Part shown: positions 38,768 through 47,309 of the stretch, piece by piece
How the letters are laid out: each line of letters opens with the position of its first letter
Numbering within the stretch: the first letter of the stretch is position 1
Source: a virus
Lineage: Duplodnaviria > Caudoviricetes
Virus record (IMG/VR): IMGVR_UViG_3300050507_000132
Span: 1 to 64,000 of that record
Direction: 5' to 3' (one strand)
DNA: 64,000 nt
The notes under the pieces: model-generated
Told to the model about the DNA's origin: nothing
The model's input: the letters and a program-made list of their open reading frames with translations, nothing else
Database searches by the model: none
Made by a program: the position numbers and the translations under genes

Positions 38768-39661
38768 ATGAGAGCACTGATCACGGGAGACAGAGGCTTC
38801 TTGGGCCGTCACTTCAAGACTGAGGCAATCCGCCGGGGGTGGGATGTCATAGGAGCCGATATCCAGGCCACATCTACCCAGGACTGCCGGAACCTGTTCC
38901 GCAGGGAACTTCAGCATCCGTCCCTACGGGATGCCGTCGGCCCGTATGACATTGTGATCCACTGCGCGGCTGTTGTCGGCGGCCGGGAGACGATCGAGCG
39001 CGACCCCCTGGCCACGGCCGAGTCGCTGTCCATCGACGCGGAGATGTTCCGGTGGGCGGCCGTCGCGAAGCCGGGCCGGGTGCTGTACTTCAGCAGCAGT
39101 GCCGCATACTCGACCTGGCTCCAGTCAGCCAAGGGACCGCACCGGGCCCTGACCGAGGACAGCTTGCACACCACACCCCTCCAGCCGGACGAGGTCTACG
39201 GCTGGAGCAAGGTCACCGGGGAACTTCTCGCCGACCGGCTCCGGCGCGTCGGGGTTCCGGTGACCGTCGTACGGCCGTTCTCCGGCTACGGCGCCGACCA
39301 GGATCCGAGCTACCCGTTCCGGGCGGTCCTGGAACGGGTCAAGCGCCGGGAGGATCCGCTGGTGGTCTGGTCCGACGCGGTACGCGACTGGATTCACGTG
39401 GACGATCTTGTGGCGGGTGCGCTGGCCGTGGCCGACTCGGGGACGGAGGATCCGGTCAACCTGTGCACCGGCCGCCCGACGTCGTTCCCCCAGTTGGCCC
39501 GGCGGATGGCCGACGCGGCCGGGTACGAGCCGGACATCGAAGTTCTGGACGACAAGCCGAAGGGGGTCGCCTACCGGGTGGGCGATCCGGCCCGGATGCT
39601 GACGTACTACACCCCCCTGATCAACCTGGAAGAGGGCATCCGCCGGGCCCTGGAGACTTGA
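38768..39661 (+). CDS. NAD-dependent epimerase/dehydratase
   Basis: ITGDRGFLG; SSSAAY; YGWSK. Confidence 0.9.
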   Translation: MRALITGDRGFLGRHFKTEAIRRGWDVIGADIQATSTQDCRNLFRRELQHPSLRDAVGPYDIVIHCAAVVGGRETIERDPLATAESLSIDAEMFRWAAVAKPGRVLYFSSSAAYSTWLQSAKGPHRALTEDSLHTTPLQPDEVYGWSKVTGELLADRLRRVGVPVTVVRPFSGYGADQDPSYPFRAVLERVKRREDPLVVWSDAVRDWIHVDDLVAGALAVADSGTEDPVNLCTGRPTSFPQLARRMADAAGYEPDIEVLDDKPKGVAYRVGDPARMLTYYTPLINLEEGIRRALET

Positions 39662-39850
39662 TCATTTGCCCCGTGCCTGACGGGTGCGGGCCGCCTTGCG
39701 GGCCATGACGCTGCGCTGTGCATGCGTCTGGCCCGCATTGCTGATCCGGGCCGCCTTGCTCTTGATCATCCCCTGCTTGCGCAGAGCGCGGTAGGCCGCC
39801 TGCCTTGATCGATAAACGAAGCCGAATCTTCCTCCGCGTGAGCTGACCAT
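39662..39850 (-). CDS. Small highly basic protein
   Basis: YRALRKQGMIKSKAARISN. Confidence 0.55.
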   Translation of the reverse strand: MVSSRGGRFGFVYRSRQAAYRALRKQGMIKSKAARISNAGQTHAQRSVMARKAARTRQARGK

Positions 39851-39861
39851 GGTATTCTCCG

Positions 39862-40479
39862 ATGGGGGTAAGTACCCGCTATGTAGGAGGCGCCTTGAAG
39901 TCGGTGGAGTGGAACGCCCGTCTCGTGGACCGGTTCTTCAGCAAGGCTGAGGAGGACCCGTCAACGGGCTGCTGGGTCTGGACCCGGCACCTGGACCGGA
40001 AGGGCTACGGACGGTTCCAGTATGCGACCCGTGACAACCGGCTCGCGTACAACGTCAGCTATGGGCTGATGATCGGGGACGTCGCAGACGGCTTGGAGCT
40101 GGATCACCTCTGCCGGAACGTGGCCTGCGTCAATCCGTACCACCTGGACCCCGTGACCCCGGCGGTCAATCAGGCGCGAGCTGCTGAGGCTCGGACGCAT
40201 TGCCCGTCGAATCACCCGTACGACGAGGCCAACACCTACCGGTCCCCGAGCGGAGCCAAGGTCTGCCGCACTTGCCGGAGAAGGACTCAGAGGGCCGTGA
40301 AGGAGCGGGAGAAGGCGGAGCGCCGGGCCCGTGGGCCGTTGCCCCCAAAGCGTCTGGAGGGGTGCCAGTACGGCCACCCTTTCGACGAGGCCAACACGTA
40401 CGAACACGACGGAATCCGCAGGTGCAGGAAGTGCCACGCACGTCGGGAAAGGGAACGTCGTCAATCACTGAAGTCGTAA
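39862..40479 (+). CDS. HNH endonuclease with repeated Cys/His modules
   Basis: CWVWT..GYG...LDHLCRNVACVNPYHL; two C..HP.DEANTY....CRxC repeats. Confidence 0.85.
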   Translation: MGVSTRYVGGALKSVEWNARLVDRFFSKAEEDPSTGCWVWTRHLDRKGYGRFQYATRDNRLAYNVSYGLMIGDVADGLELDHLCRNVACVNPYHLDPVTPAVNQARAAEARTHCPSNHPYDEANTYRSPSGAKVCRTCRRRTQRAVKEREKAERRARGPLPPKRLEGCQYGHPFDEANTYEHDGIRRCRKCHARRERERRQSLKS

Positions 40480-40519
40480 AGACCCAGGTCAGAGGGGCTG
40501 TACGTCCCTCCGGCATTAT

Positions 40520-40533
40520 GGTTTACTTAAATC
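40520..40533. promoter_or_regulatory. Representative of the palindromic operator GRTTTA-NN-TAAAYC (10 copies)
   Basis: Copies at 5043, 21870, 25164, 26681, 30633, 32334, 40520, 41052, 42937, 47371. Confidence 0.8.
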
Positions 40534-40565
40534 AGTACAACAGACCAGCGACCAAGGAGACCAGG

Positions 40566-41009
40566 ATGAACGCCACCGCCACCACCGCCCGGATCACCGT
40601 TCTCAACGGTCGGCGCACCCTCGCTTTCAACGGCGAGACCGATGAGCAGGCACAGGCCCGGTACGACCGGATCGCGGCCGAGCAGGCCGAGGAGAATCTC
40701 TTCCTGTACGGCGCGGAGACGGTGAACGGGTTCGAGGTCGAGACGGTGACGGTGGAAGACCTGACCACGGACGACATGGTGGTGTTCGAGGGCCGGACCG
40801 AATCCTGGTTCGTGCACGTGACCACGGCCCCCTTCCGCGCGACGTACTACAACGGCCGGACCGGAGAGACCACGCAGGCCGACTACGTGATGATCAGCAT
40901 CTCCGGTACCCGCAAGAATGTCCGCCCCGGCACCGCTTACCGCCGGGCACTCGACCCGAAGGCGGTCCGTCAGGCTCAGTGGACGGGGCAGGCCAGCCTG
41001 TTCCGCTGA
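40566..41009 (+). CDS. Hypothetical early protein
   Basis: Own promoter/operator cassette; AAGGAG SD. Confidence 0.6.
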   Translation: MNATATTARITVLNGRRTLAFNGETDEQAQARYDRIAAEQAEENLFLYGAETVNGFEVETVTVEDLTTDDMVVFEGRTESWFVHVTTAPFRATYYNGRTGETTQADYVMISISGTRKNVRPGTAYRRALDPKAVRQAQWTGQASLFR

Positions 41010-41097
41010 AAAGACCCAGGCCGGAGGGGATGTACGTCCCTCCGGTCTTATGGTTTACTTAAATCAGTACGACAGACCAGCGACCAAGGAGCCGATC

Positions 41098-41790
41098 ATG
41101 CAGAAGAACACCGCAACCCGGACCGCCACCACCTTCACCCTTGCCGACCGGCACCCCAACTTCCGGAACCTGAGCGCCGAAGACCTTGAGATCATCGGCG
41201 GGGCGTACGTCTGGAAGAACGAGGGCGGGGCCCGGGACGCGGTCCGGATGATGATCGATGTCAACGGATACGAGTACACGCACCACACCGCTCCCGGCGT
41301 CGAGGTGTACGCGTTCTACGTGAACGGCGAGATGCTGACAGTGATCATCTTCGAGGACGACACGGCCGTCCGGCTGCACAAGACGGTCCGGCGCGAGCAG
41401 CCCGTTACGATCACCTACGTCAAGGCGGACGGTGAGGAGACGGTCCGGACCATCGAGCCCACCGGCCTGAGCCTGACCAAGGCGGGCGACGTGATCGTGA
41501 AGGCGCTCGACCGCAAGTCCGGCGAGACGCGTTCCTTCCGCCTCGACCGTATCCGCACCTACACCGTGCACCGCACCCGCCGGACTGTTCGCACCGAGGC
41601 TCCGGCGCCGACCAAGGCGCAGCTCTGGGAGCAGTGGACCGAGCGCCAGCAAGAGACGGTCACCTGCGAGTGGGACGTGTACGACACCACCCCGGGCACC
41701 GCGACCGCCCTGGAGGCCCCGGAGGCCGTCCAGGACCGGCTCGCCGAAGCGTACGCCTCCGGCCACCGGTACGCGTTCGTCACCGTCTGA
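41098..41790 (+). CDS. WYL-domain protein
   Basis: VTITYVKADGEETVRTIEP...RSFRLDRI. Confidence 0.8.
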   Translation: MQKNTATRTATTFTLADRHPNFRNLSAEDLEIIGGAYVWKNEGGARDAVRMMIDVNGYEYTHHTAPGVEVYAFYVNGEMLTVIIFEDDTAVRLHKTVRREQPVTITYVKADGEETVRTIEPTGLSLTKAGDVIVKALDRKSGETRSFRLDRIRTYTVHRTRRTVRTEAPAPTKAQLWEQWTERQQETVTCEWDVYDTTPGTATALEAPEAVQDRLAEAYASGHRYAFVTV

Positions 41791-41909
41791 CCCGACCCGC
41801 AGGCCCGGCCGCATCTCGCGGTCGGGCCGGACCCGAAGAACTGACCGTGCGCCGACAGACCACCATGTACCAGGGCCCGTACGACGACGAACCCCAGTGG
41901 AGGAAGACC

Positions 41910-42461
41910 ATGGGACGCAAGATCTACTTCGTAATCAGCGAGGGTGCAGGCATCCTCAACCCGGGCGAACGAGGCTTCCGCAGTCTGGAAAAGGCGCAGG
42001 CGTTCGCCGCTAAAGCGGCCGAGGAGTGCTCCTGGGAGTGCCGGACACCCCCGGCGCCGGACAACGAAGTACACATCGGCCGGGGCAACTTCCGGTGCGG
42101 CGTGATGGCTGCCCACGGCATCATCATCCGCGAGAGCGAGAACGGCCACTGGGGCCAGGAGCACGACGTGCCCGAAGAGAAGTTCACCCGGCGCAAGGGC
42201 GCCGGGAAGGACGTCGACTGGACGCTGGAGGTGATCATCGACCGTGGCACGGACCACCTGGCCGATGGGCACGACGTGTTCTACTTCGCAGGGCCGGAGA
42301 TGACGGACGGCCACTGGGACAAGGTTGTGGAGGACATCGCCGACGGCGACGAGATCCTGGAGGCCACCGTCCGGCCGACCCCCTTCGGCCGGTACGCCGA
42401 CGAGTCAGGCAACAACGGCAACAGCTACCCGATGGAGTGGCGGAAGGGGTACGGATTCTGA
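41910..42461 (+). CDS. Hypothetical early protein
   Basis: GGAGG SD. Confidence 0.55.
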   Translation: MGRKIYFVISEGAGILNPGERGFRSLEKAQAFAAKAAEECSWECRTPPAPDNEVHIGRGNFRCGVMAAHGIIIRESENGHWGQEHDVPEEKFTRRKGAGKDVDWTLEVIIDRGTDHLADGHDVFYFAGPEMTDGHWDKVVEDIADGDEILEATVRPTPFGRYADESGNNGNSYPMEWRKGYGF

Positions 42462-42655
42462 TGACTGAGCCTTTCGACGTCAACGACCCTGCCAAGCTGC
42501 CGGACCCGGAATGGTTCGAAGCTCCGCCGGAGTGGTTCAAGTACTTCGTCCTCCGCCTCGCCCGGAACACATCGGCCGGTGAGGTGTGGGACGCCCTGGA
42601 GAAGATCAGTCCCTGGGGGGTCGTGCCGGAGTGGTACCGGGAGGTGCAGATCTGA
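42461..42655 (+). CDS. Hypothetical protein
   Basis: TGATG coupling. Confidence 0.5.
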   Translation: MTEPFDVNDPAKLPDPEWFEAPPEWFKYFVLRLARNTSAGEVWDALEKISPWGVVPEWYREVQI

Positions 42656-42834
42656 TGGCCGACGCGAAGAACACCGGCAGCTACCGTCAAGGTGGCGAGG
42701 TGAACGACCCGGGCTGGGACACCGTGGGCGACAACCCCACCGGCCGTCCCCGCAAGTCTTCCGCCCGTCAGCGCCGTAAGAAGGACCGCAGACTCTTCGG
42801 CGGAACCCCGTGGAGCCGCAAAGAGCAGGACTGA
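42655..42834 (+). CDS. Hypothetical basic protein
   Basis: TGATG coupling. Confidence 0.45.
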   Translation: MADAKNTGSYRQGGEVNDPGWDTVGDNPTGRPRKSSARQRRKKDRRLFGGTPWSRKEQD

Positions 42835-42838
42835 GGAG

Positions 42839-42867
42839 ACGTCCCGGAGATCATTCCGGGACGTTTT
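42839..42867 (+). terminator. Intrinsic terminator
   Basis: ACGTCCCGGA / TCCGGGACGT stem followed by a T-tract. Confidence 0.7.
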
Positions 42868-43294
42868 CGTTTGTATTGACTTTTGTACCCCCAGGTCAGG
42901 GCGCGTGTCCGGCGCTTTACGGATCGCCCGGCCTATGATTTACTTAAATCAGTAAGGCCGAGTGAGAGACCCCCTCCCGGGGAGCCAGGCAGAACGGCAG
43001 ACCGGTTGAGACAGAGGCTCGAACGAAGCACAGCATGTGGGCCAGGCGAGAGGTCCGTAGCAGCAAATGCAGACTCGGAGACAGGGCACCGACCCTCCCC
43101 AAGAAAACGGCAGGCCAGACCCGACGAGATCACAAAACGGCGGACGGCCGCAGGCAAGGTGAGGGAGACACGGAACCCACCGGCCAGCGGAGAGAACCCG
43201 GGAGCGTACCGAGAGCGGACGGCCAGACGAACAACCACAAGACGAAACGACCACAGACCAGCCCCACAGGGGCAGAGACCAAGGAGAACCGATC

Positions 43295-43384
43295 ATGACG
43301 AACACCGAGCGGATCAAGGCGAACCTCGACGCGACGCGTGAGCGTATCCGGACGCAGCAGGCGCTACGCAAGAACACGGTATGA
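43295..43384 (+). CDS. 29-aa peptide
   Basis: ACCAAGGAGAACCGATC-ATG leader shared with neighbouring genes. Confidence 0.5.
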   Translation: MTNTERIKANLDATRERIRTQQALRKNTV

Positions 43385-43442
43385 GGCGAAACCGGACCAC
43401 GGTCCGGTCGGCCGGGCGCCGCCCGGTCCTGATGAGCCAGGC
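43385..43442 (+). ncRNA. Type II hammerhead ribozyme
   Basis: GGC-GAAA-stem III-GTC-stem I-CTGATGA-GCC; complete catalytic core. Confidence 0.85.
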
Positions 43443-43464
43443 AGATGACCAAGGAGAACCGATC

Positions 43465-43692
43465 ATGAGCAAGACGCTGAAGTCCGGAAGCAATGTCCAC
43501 TACAAGGGCGACCCGAGCATGACGGGGACGGTCGTCCGTACCGAGGACGTGGTGAAGAGCCCCCGCCGGGGGTCCGGGTACAACACCGGGAATACCAACG
43601 GGTCCACCACGATCACCATGTACTGGATCACCTGGGACGATATGCCCGATGAGGAGGACCGGTATTACCGGTCCGAACTGGTCGGGATCTGA
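43465..43692 (+). CDS. Hypothetical SH3-like small protein
   Basis: Conserved leader; beta-rich. Confidence 0.55.
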   Translation: MSKTLKSGSNVHYKGDPSMTGTVVRTEDVVKSPRRGSGYNTGNTNGSTTITMYWITWDDMPDEEDRYYRSELVGI

Positions 43693-43776
43693 GCCTCAGT
43701 CCAGGTCATCCGCTCCGGCGGGTGCCCTGGCTCGGGGTGCTCAGAACCTCGACCAACCGACCAAGGAGAACCGATC

Positions 43777-44034
43777 ATGACGAACACCACGCTGACCCCC
43801 GCCCGTGTCGGTTCGGCCCTTGGCCGGGCCGGTTACCTCTCCCGCCGGGGAACGACCCGCGCCAACGGCTTCAAGGCGAGCAAGTTCATGCCGGGGACCG
43901 TCGCGGTCACCGCACACTTCAACACCGACGCCCGGGAGCGCGAAGCGCTCATGTCCTACATCCCGGTTCTGATCGCTGCCGGGTTCGATGTCGACGACCA
44001 GGAGACGACCCTCTTCGTCAGCCTCTCCAACTGA
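43777..44034 (+). CDS. Hypothetical early protein
   Basis: Conserved leader. Confidence 0.55.
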   Translation: MTNTTLTPARVGSALGRAGYLSRRGTTRANGFKASKFMPGTVAVTAHFNTDAREREALMSYIPVLIAAGFDVDDQETTLFVSLSN

Positions 44035-44127
44035 TCCGGTCACCAGTCGGGGGCGCGTCTCGTACGTGACCCCCTGTCGGGCCGACCGGCTCACCCGAAG
44101 ACCAACTGACCAAGGAGAATCACCCCC

Positions 44128-44343
44128 ATGGGAGAGACCCCGGAGCAGCGCCGCGAACGCGAGTCGTTCGACCGGTACAAGGCTGCGATCAACGACTCGC
44201 AGCGCGAGCTGATCACCCGCTGGGGCGTGCCGGTGGAGGACGCAGTACGCATCGTGTATGACCTGGCACAAGCTGCCCGGGACCGGGGGTGGGACTCTGC
44301 TGTCCTGCCCATCGCCATCGTGAACAAGGAGAACGGATCATGA
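44128..44343 (+). CDS. Hypothetical early protein
   Basis: ACCAAGGAG leader. Confidence 0.55.
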   Translation: MGETPEQRRERESFDRYKAAINDSQRELITRWGVPVEDAVRIVYDLAQAARDRGWDSAVLPIAIVNKENGS

Positions 44344-44867
44344 GCTTTGACCCGAATGTGATCGCGGCGTTGGCTGAGCTGCGACACGCCGCAGCACACA
44401 TCAGCCGCCCCCTCGCCCGTGCATTTCAGACGCTGGACGACGCGGGTGTGTTCGCCGCGCTGGACGAGCAGACCGACTACGCGTCTGCGACGGAGATCCT
44501 GGCGGAGTCAGCGGCAGACTCGCTGCGCAAGGCCCGGCAGCGCCTGATCTCGGATGCCATGGACCGGGACGAGGCTGAGCAGTCGGTGCCCGATCCGGCC
44601 GAGTGGGGCGACACCACGTCGGCGGACATGGCCCGGCACCAGGGCTACGTTGCCGCCTCCCGGCTCGGGAAGCCGGAGCGCATCCCCGACGCGCTCCGTC
44701 CGGCGCACGAGCACGTGTTCGCCAGCCCGCACTCGGACGAGGTCTGCTACGGCGCCGAGTGGTGCACGCTGACCTACGGCGAGCACCGTGAGCGGGCACG
44801 TTGGGAGGCTGCGGCACGCCACGGCGTGGATGCGTCCGAGGTCAACTGGGACGCAACTCAGCACTGA
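44340..44867 (+). CDS. Hypothetical early protein
   Basis: ATGA coupling. Confidence 0.55.
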   Translation: MSFDPNVIAALAELRHAAAHISRPLARAFQTLDDAGVFAALDEQTDYASATEILAESAADSLRKARQRLISDAMDRDEAEQSVPDPAEWGDTTSADMARHQGYVAASRLGKPERIPDALRPAHEHVFASPHSDEVCYGAEWCTLTYGEHRERARWEAAARHGVDASEVNWDATQH

Positions 44868-44900
44868 GCACGACGGCCCGGCCGGAGCCGTAATCCGGCC

Positions 44901-44974
44901 GCCCCCGCTAGCGTGATGACCGGCTGTCCGGAACAGCGTCGAGACTACGGCCCGTTCAAGTCGGGCCGGGGGCA
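44901..44974 (+). ncRNA. tRNA-like element (acceptor stem + T-arm, non-canonical core)
   Basis: GCCCCCG/CGGGGGC 7-bp stem, GCCCG-TTCAAGT-CGGGC T-arm, discriminator A. Confidence 0.55.
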
Positions 44975-45013
44975 CTCAGCACGACCGACCAACGAGACCA
45001 AGGAGAACCGATC

Positions 45014-45298
45014 ATGAGCATCACCTTCGAAACCATCACCCGCGATGACCTCGAAGCCATGCATGACATCACCTGGCGCAACGCCCTGGCCGCCCTGCGG
45101 CCCATGGAGATCGAGCAGCCCGTCAGCCTGGTCATGCCGTACTGGAGGGCCATGGAGGCGTACAGCACTCACATGGGGACGTGTGCACAGTGCGTCGACT
45201 CGCCGGTGTACGAGGGCGACTGCCCGCAGGGTCAGCGTCTCGCCGCTTTGGCGGCCGACGCCATGGCCGCTCAGGAAGACCTCGCCGCGCAGAACTGA
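45014..45298 (+). CDS. Hypothetical protein with Cys/His motif
   Basis: Conserved leader; H..TC.QC......C. Confidence 0.55.
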   Translation: MSITFETITRDDLEAMHDITWRNALAALRPMEIEQPVSLVMPYWRAMEAYSTHMGTCAQCVDSPVYEGDCPQGQRLAALAADAMAAQEDLAAQN

Positions 45299-45338
45299 CC
45301 GCACCGCACCGCCCGATCAAGGAACCGAGAGGAAGACC

Positions 45339-45803
45339 ATGAGCAAGCGCCGGGAGATCGAAGTCCGGTTGACAGAGCAGAACATCGGCGTCGCGCTGGT
45401 GCCGGGCGACGTCATCGCGGATGCGGAGGAGCTGGGACAGGTTGTCTCGGCCCGGATGACCGTCCAGGGCCAGTACGCCGTCGTGTATTTCATGGGAGGC
45501 GACGCTTACAAGGAGACCTTCGGCGTTCCGCAGACGCTGCGGGTGCTCCGGGAGGTGGACGCACCGGAGTACGAGTGGCGCGGCCGTCCCCTCGGTACGC
45601 ACGGCCTGGTGGAGATCAGCAAGGTCGGAGGCGGCCGGGTCGGCCGGAGGTATCAGGGTCGCTGGAACGTGCGCGCCACCCAGAAGGGACGGGTGGTGTA
45701 CGAGGGCGGCGGAGTCACCTCCGGCACCCCCAAGACGCACGCGGAGATGGCCCGGATCGTCTGGAGTTCCGTGGACGAGACGTACGACAGCGAAGTCGAC
45801 TGA
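45339..45803 (+). CDS. Hypothetical early protein
   Basis: GAGAGGAAG SD. Confidence 0.55.
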   Translation: MSKRREIEVRLTEQNIGVALVPGDVIADAEELGQVVSARMTVQGQYAVVYFMGGDAYKETFGVPQTLRVLREVDAPEYEWRGRPLGTHGLVEISKVGGGRVGRRYQGRWNVRATQKGRVVYEGGGVTSGTPKTHAEMARIVWSSVDETYDSEVD

Positions 45804-45885
45804 GCCTCGGTCCAGGTCATCCGCTCCGGCGGGTGGCCTGGCTCAGGGCGCTCAGCCCGACCACAGAGAAGAGGAGAAACCGATC

Positions 45886-46257
45886 ATGGAATTCGTGCAC
45901 CGCCTCACCAATGGAATTCTGAAGCGGGACGTCAACATCATCGACGGTCCGGTCCACAAGCACGCTTACAGCAGCACCGGCAAGCGGTACCGGGTGGAGG
46001 GTGCGCACGTGTCATTCCACCTGGACCGCAGCCGGGGCGAATGGACCACCCAACACGTCACTCTGCGGGGACCGGTTCTGCGCAAGGACGGCACCGAAGG
46101 CAAGGAGACGTTCAGCGGGGACCCCGGCTACGGCTGGGAGCGGCGGCCGGAATACGCGTGGCTGGTCAAGATGATCGACGCCATCCGCCCCGAAGGTGTA
46201 CCCGAGCTGCCGTTCCGCCTCGCCGGACTGGAGAACGACGAGACCGAGGAGATCTGA
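45886..46257 (+). CDS. Hypothetical early protein
   Basis: GAGGAG SD. Confidence 0.55.
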   Translation: MEFVHRLTNGILKRDVNIIDGPVHKHAYSSTGKRYRVEGAHVSFHLDRSRGEWTTQHVTLRGPVLRKDGTEGKETFSGDPGYGWERRPEYAWLVKMIDAIRPEGVPELPFRLAGLENDETEEI

Positions 46258-46260
46258 TCC

Positions 46261-46689
46261 ATGACCACACGAGAACCTGAGATCCCCCGGCCGTCGGTCG
46301 GAGACGCGTTCATTGTCCGGCGGTTGAAAAGCCGTTACCAGGAGGAGGAGGTCTTCCCTGTCCGGGTGCGGGCGATGGCCCGGTTCAGGGTCATCCTCGA
46401 AGGGCCGGATGGGGAAGACCTGCCTTGGATGTACCAGGAGTTCGACATTCGGACTCGCGCCGTGTGGGGCGCCGACCGGGACGACCGGCCCACCCGCCAC
46501 GACGGATACAAGCTGCACACGGTGGAGACGCTGGCATGGGAGGACCGTAAGCACGCGGCTGACAGGTACCTGAGTGAGATGGGTATTCGCCTGTGGGATG
46601 TACGGGGGAACTTGCGCAAGGCCATCAACGCGGACCCCGTCGGGTTCGTCAACGCCCTGCGCCGGTTCGAGGGCCTGGAGGAGATCTGA
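46261..46689 (+). CDS. Hypothetical early protein
   Basis: GAGGAG SD. Confidence 0.55.
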   Translation: MTTREPEIPRPSVGDAFIVRRLKSRYQEEEVFPVRVRAMARFRVILEGPDGEDLPWMYQEFDIRTRAVWGADRDDRPTRHDGYKLHTVETLAWEDRKHAADRYLSEMGIRLWDVRGNLRKAINADPVGFVNALRRFEGLEEI

Positions 46690-46825
46690 TGTCTGACGGA
46701 GGCGACACCAATCCCCTGTCCTGCCTGCTGTGGATCCTCGCCCTCGCAGGAATCGTCTGGACTGTCGTAGTGCTGGCCACGGGACACTGAGCGCGACGGC
46801 CGCCGGGAGCCGTAATCCCGGATCA

Positions 46826-46922
46826 TGGCCCGTCGTCCAACACGGCGAGGACACCCCGCGCGAGCCGGTTCTGATCGGTTCCCGGCTCCGGGGAGAAGCC
46901 GGTTCGAGTCCGGCCGGGCCCA
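46826..46922 (+). ncRNA. tRNA-like RNA with a 30-nt insert in place of the anticodon loop
   Basis: Acceptor GGCCCG/CGGGCC, D-arm GTCC/GGAC, anticodon stem CCCCG/CGGGG, T-arm GCCGG-TTCGAGT-CCGGC. Confidence 0.65.
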
Positions 46923-46952
46923 CTCAGCACACCGCCGACCAAGGAGGAACGC

Positions 46953-47309
46953 ATGACCACGGAACAGCACATCAAGCGCGGCGGGTTCGCCCGGGACCGC
47001 CGCACCGGACAGATCGTCCGGGTCAAGGAGCAGGGCGGTTCGCACTGGCTGGTTCATCCGGCGTACAAGTCGGACGGCTACTGGACCGAGACGGAGAACC
47101 TGGACGCGGCCCCCAACCCGCACGGGTACTCGGGCTGGCACCTTCTGCTGATGCTGGGTTCGCTCGGCATCGCGGTGGGCACAGGCTGGGGCCTGTACCA
47201 GGATCTTGCCGGAGCAGCCGACCAGGGATCCCGGTGGATTGCGACGGTCGCGGTCGGCGGAGGTGTCTTCGTGGCGTTCAGCCGACTGCTGGGACTGATC
47301 CGGGACTAG
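46953..47309 (+). CDS. Membrane protein
   Basis: Two C-terminal TMs; AAGGAGG SD. Confidence 0.55.
   Translation: MTTEQHIKRGGFARDRRTGQIVRVKEQGGSHWLVHPAYKSDGYWTETENLDAAPNPHGYSGWHLLLMLGSLGIAVGTGWGLYQDLAGAADQGSRWIATVAVGGGVFVAFSRLLGLIRD

Noticed and set aside
44864-46927. Twister-sister or HDV-like ribozyme assignment for the tRNA-like modules
   Set aside because: The T-loop and CTCA resemble twister-sister, but the required P1 and internal-loop partners are missing; left unassigned.
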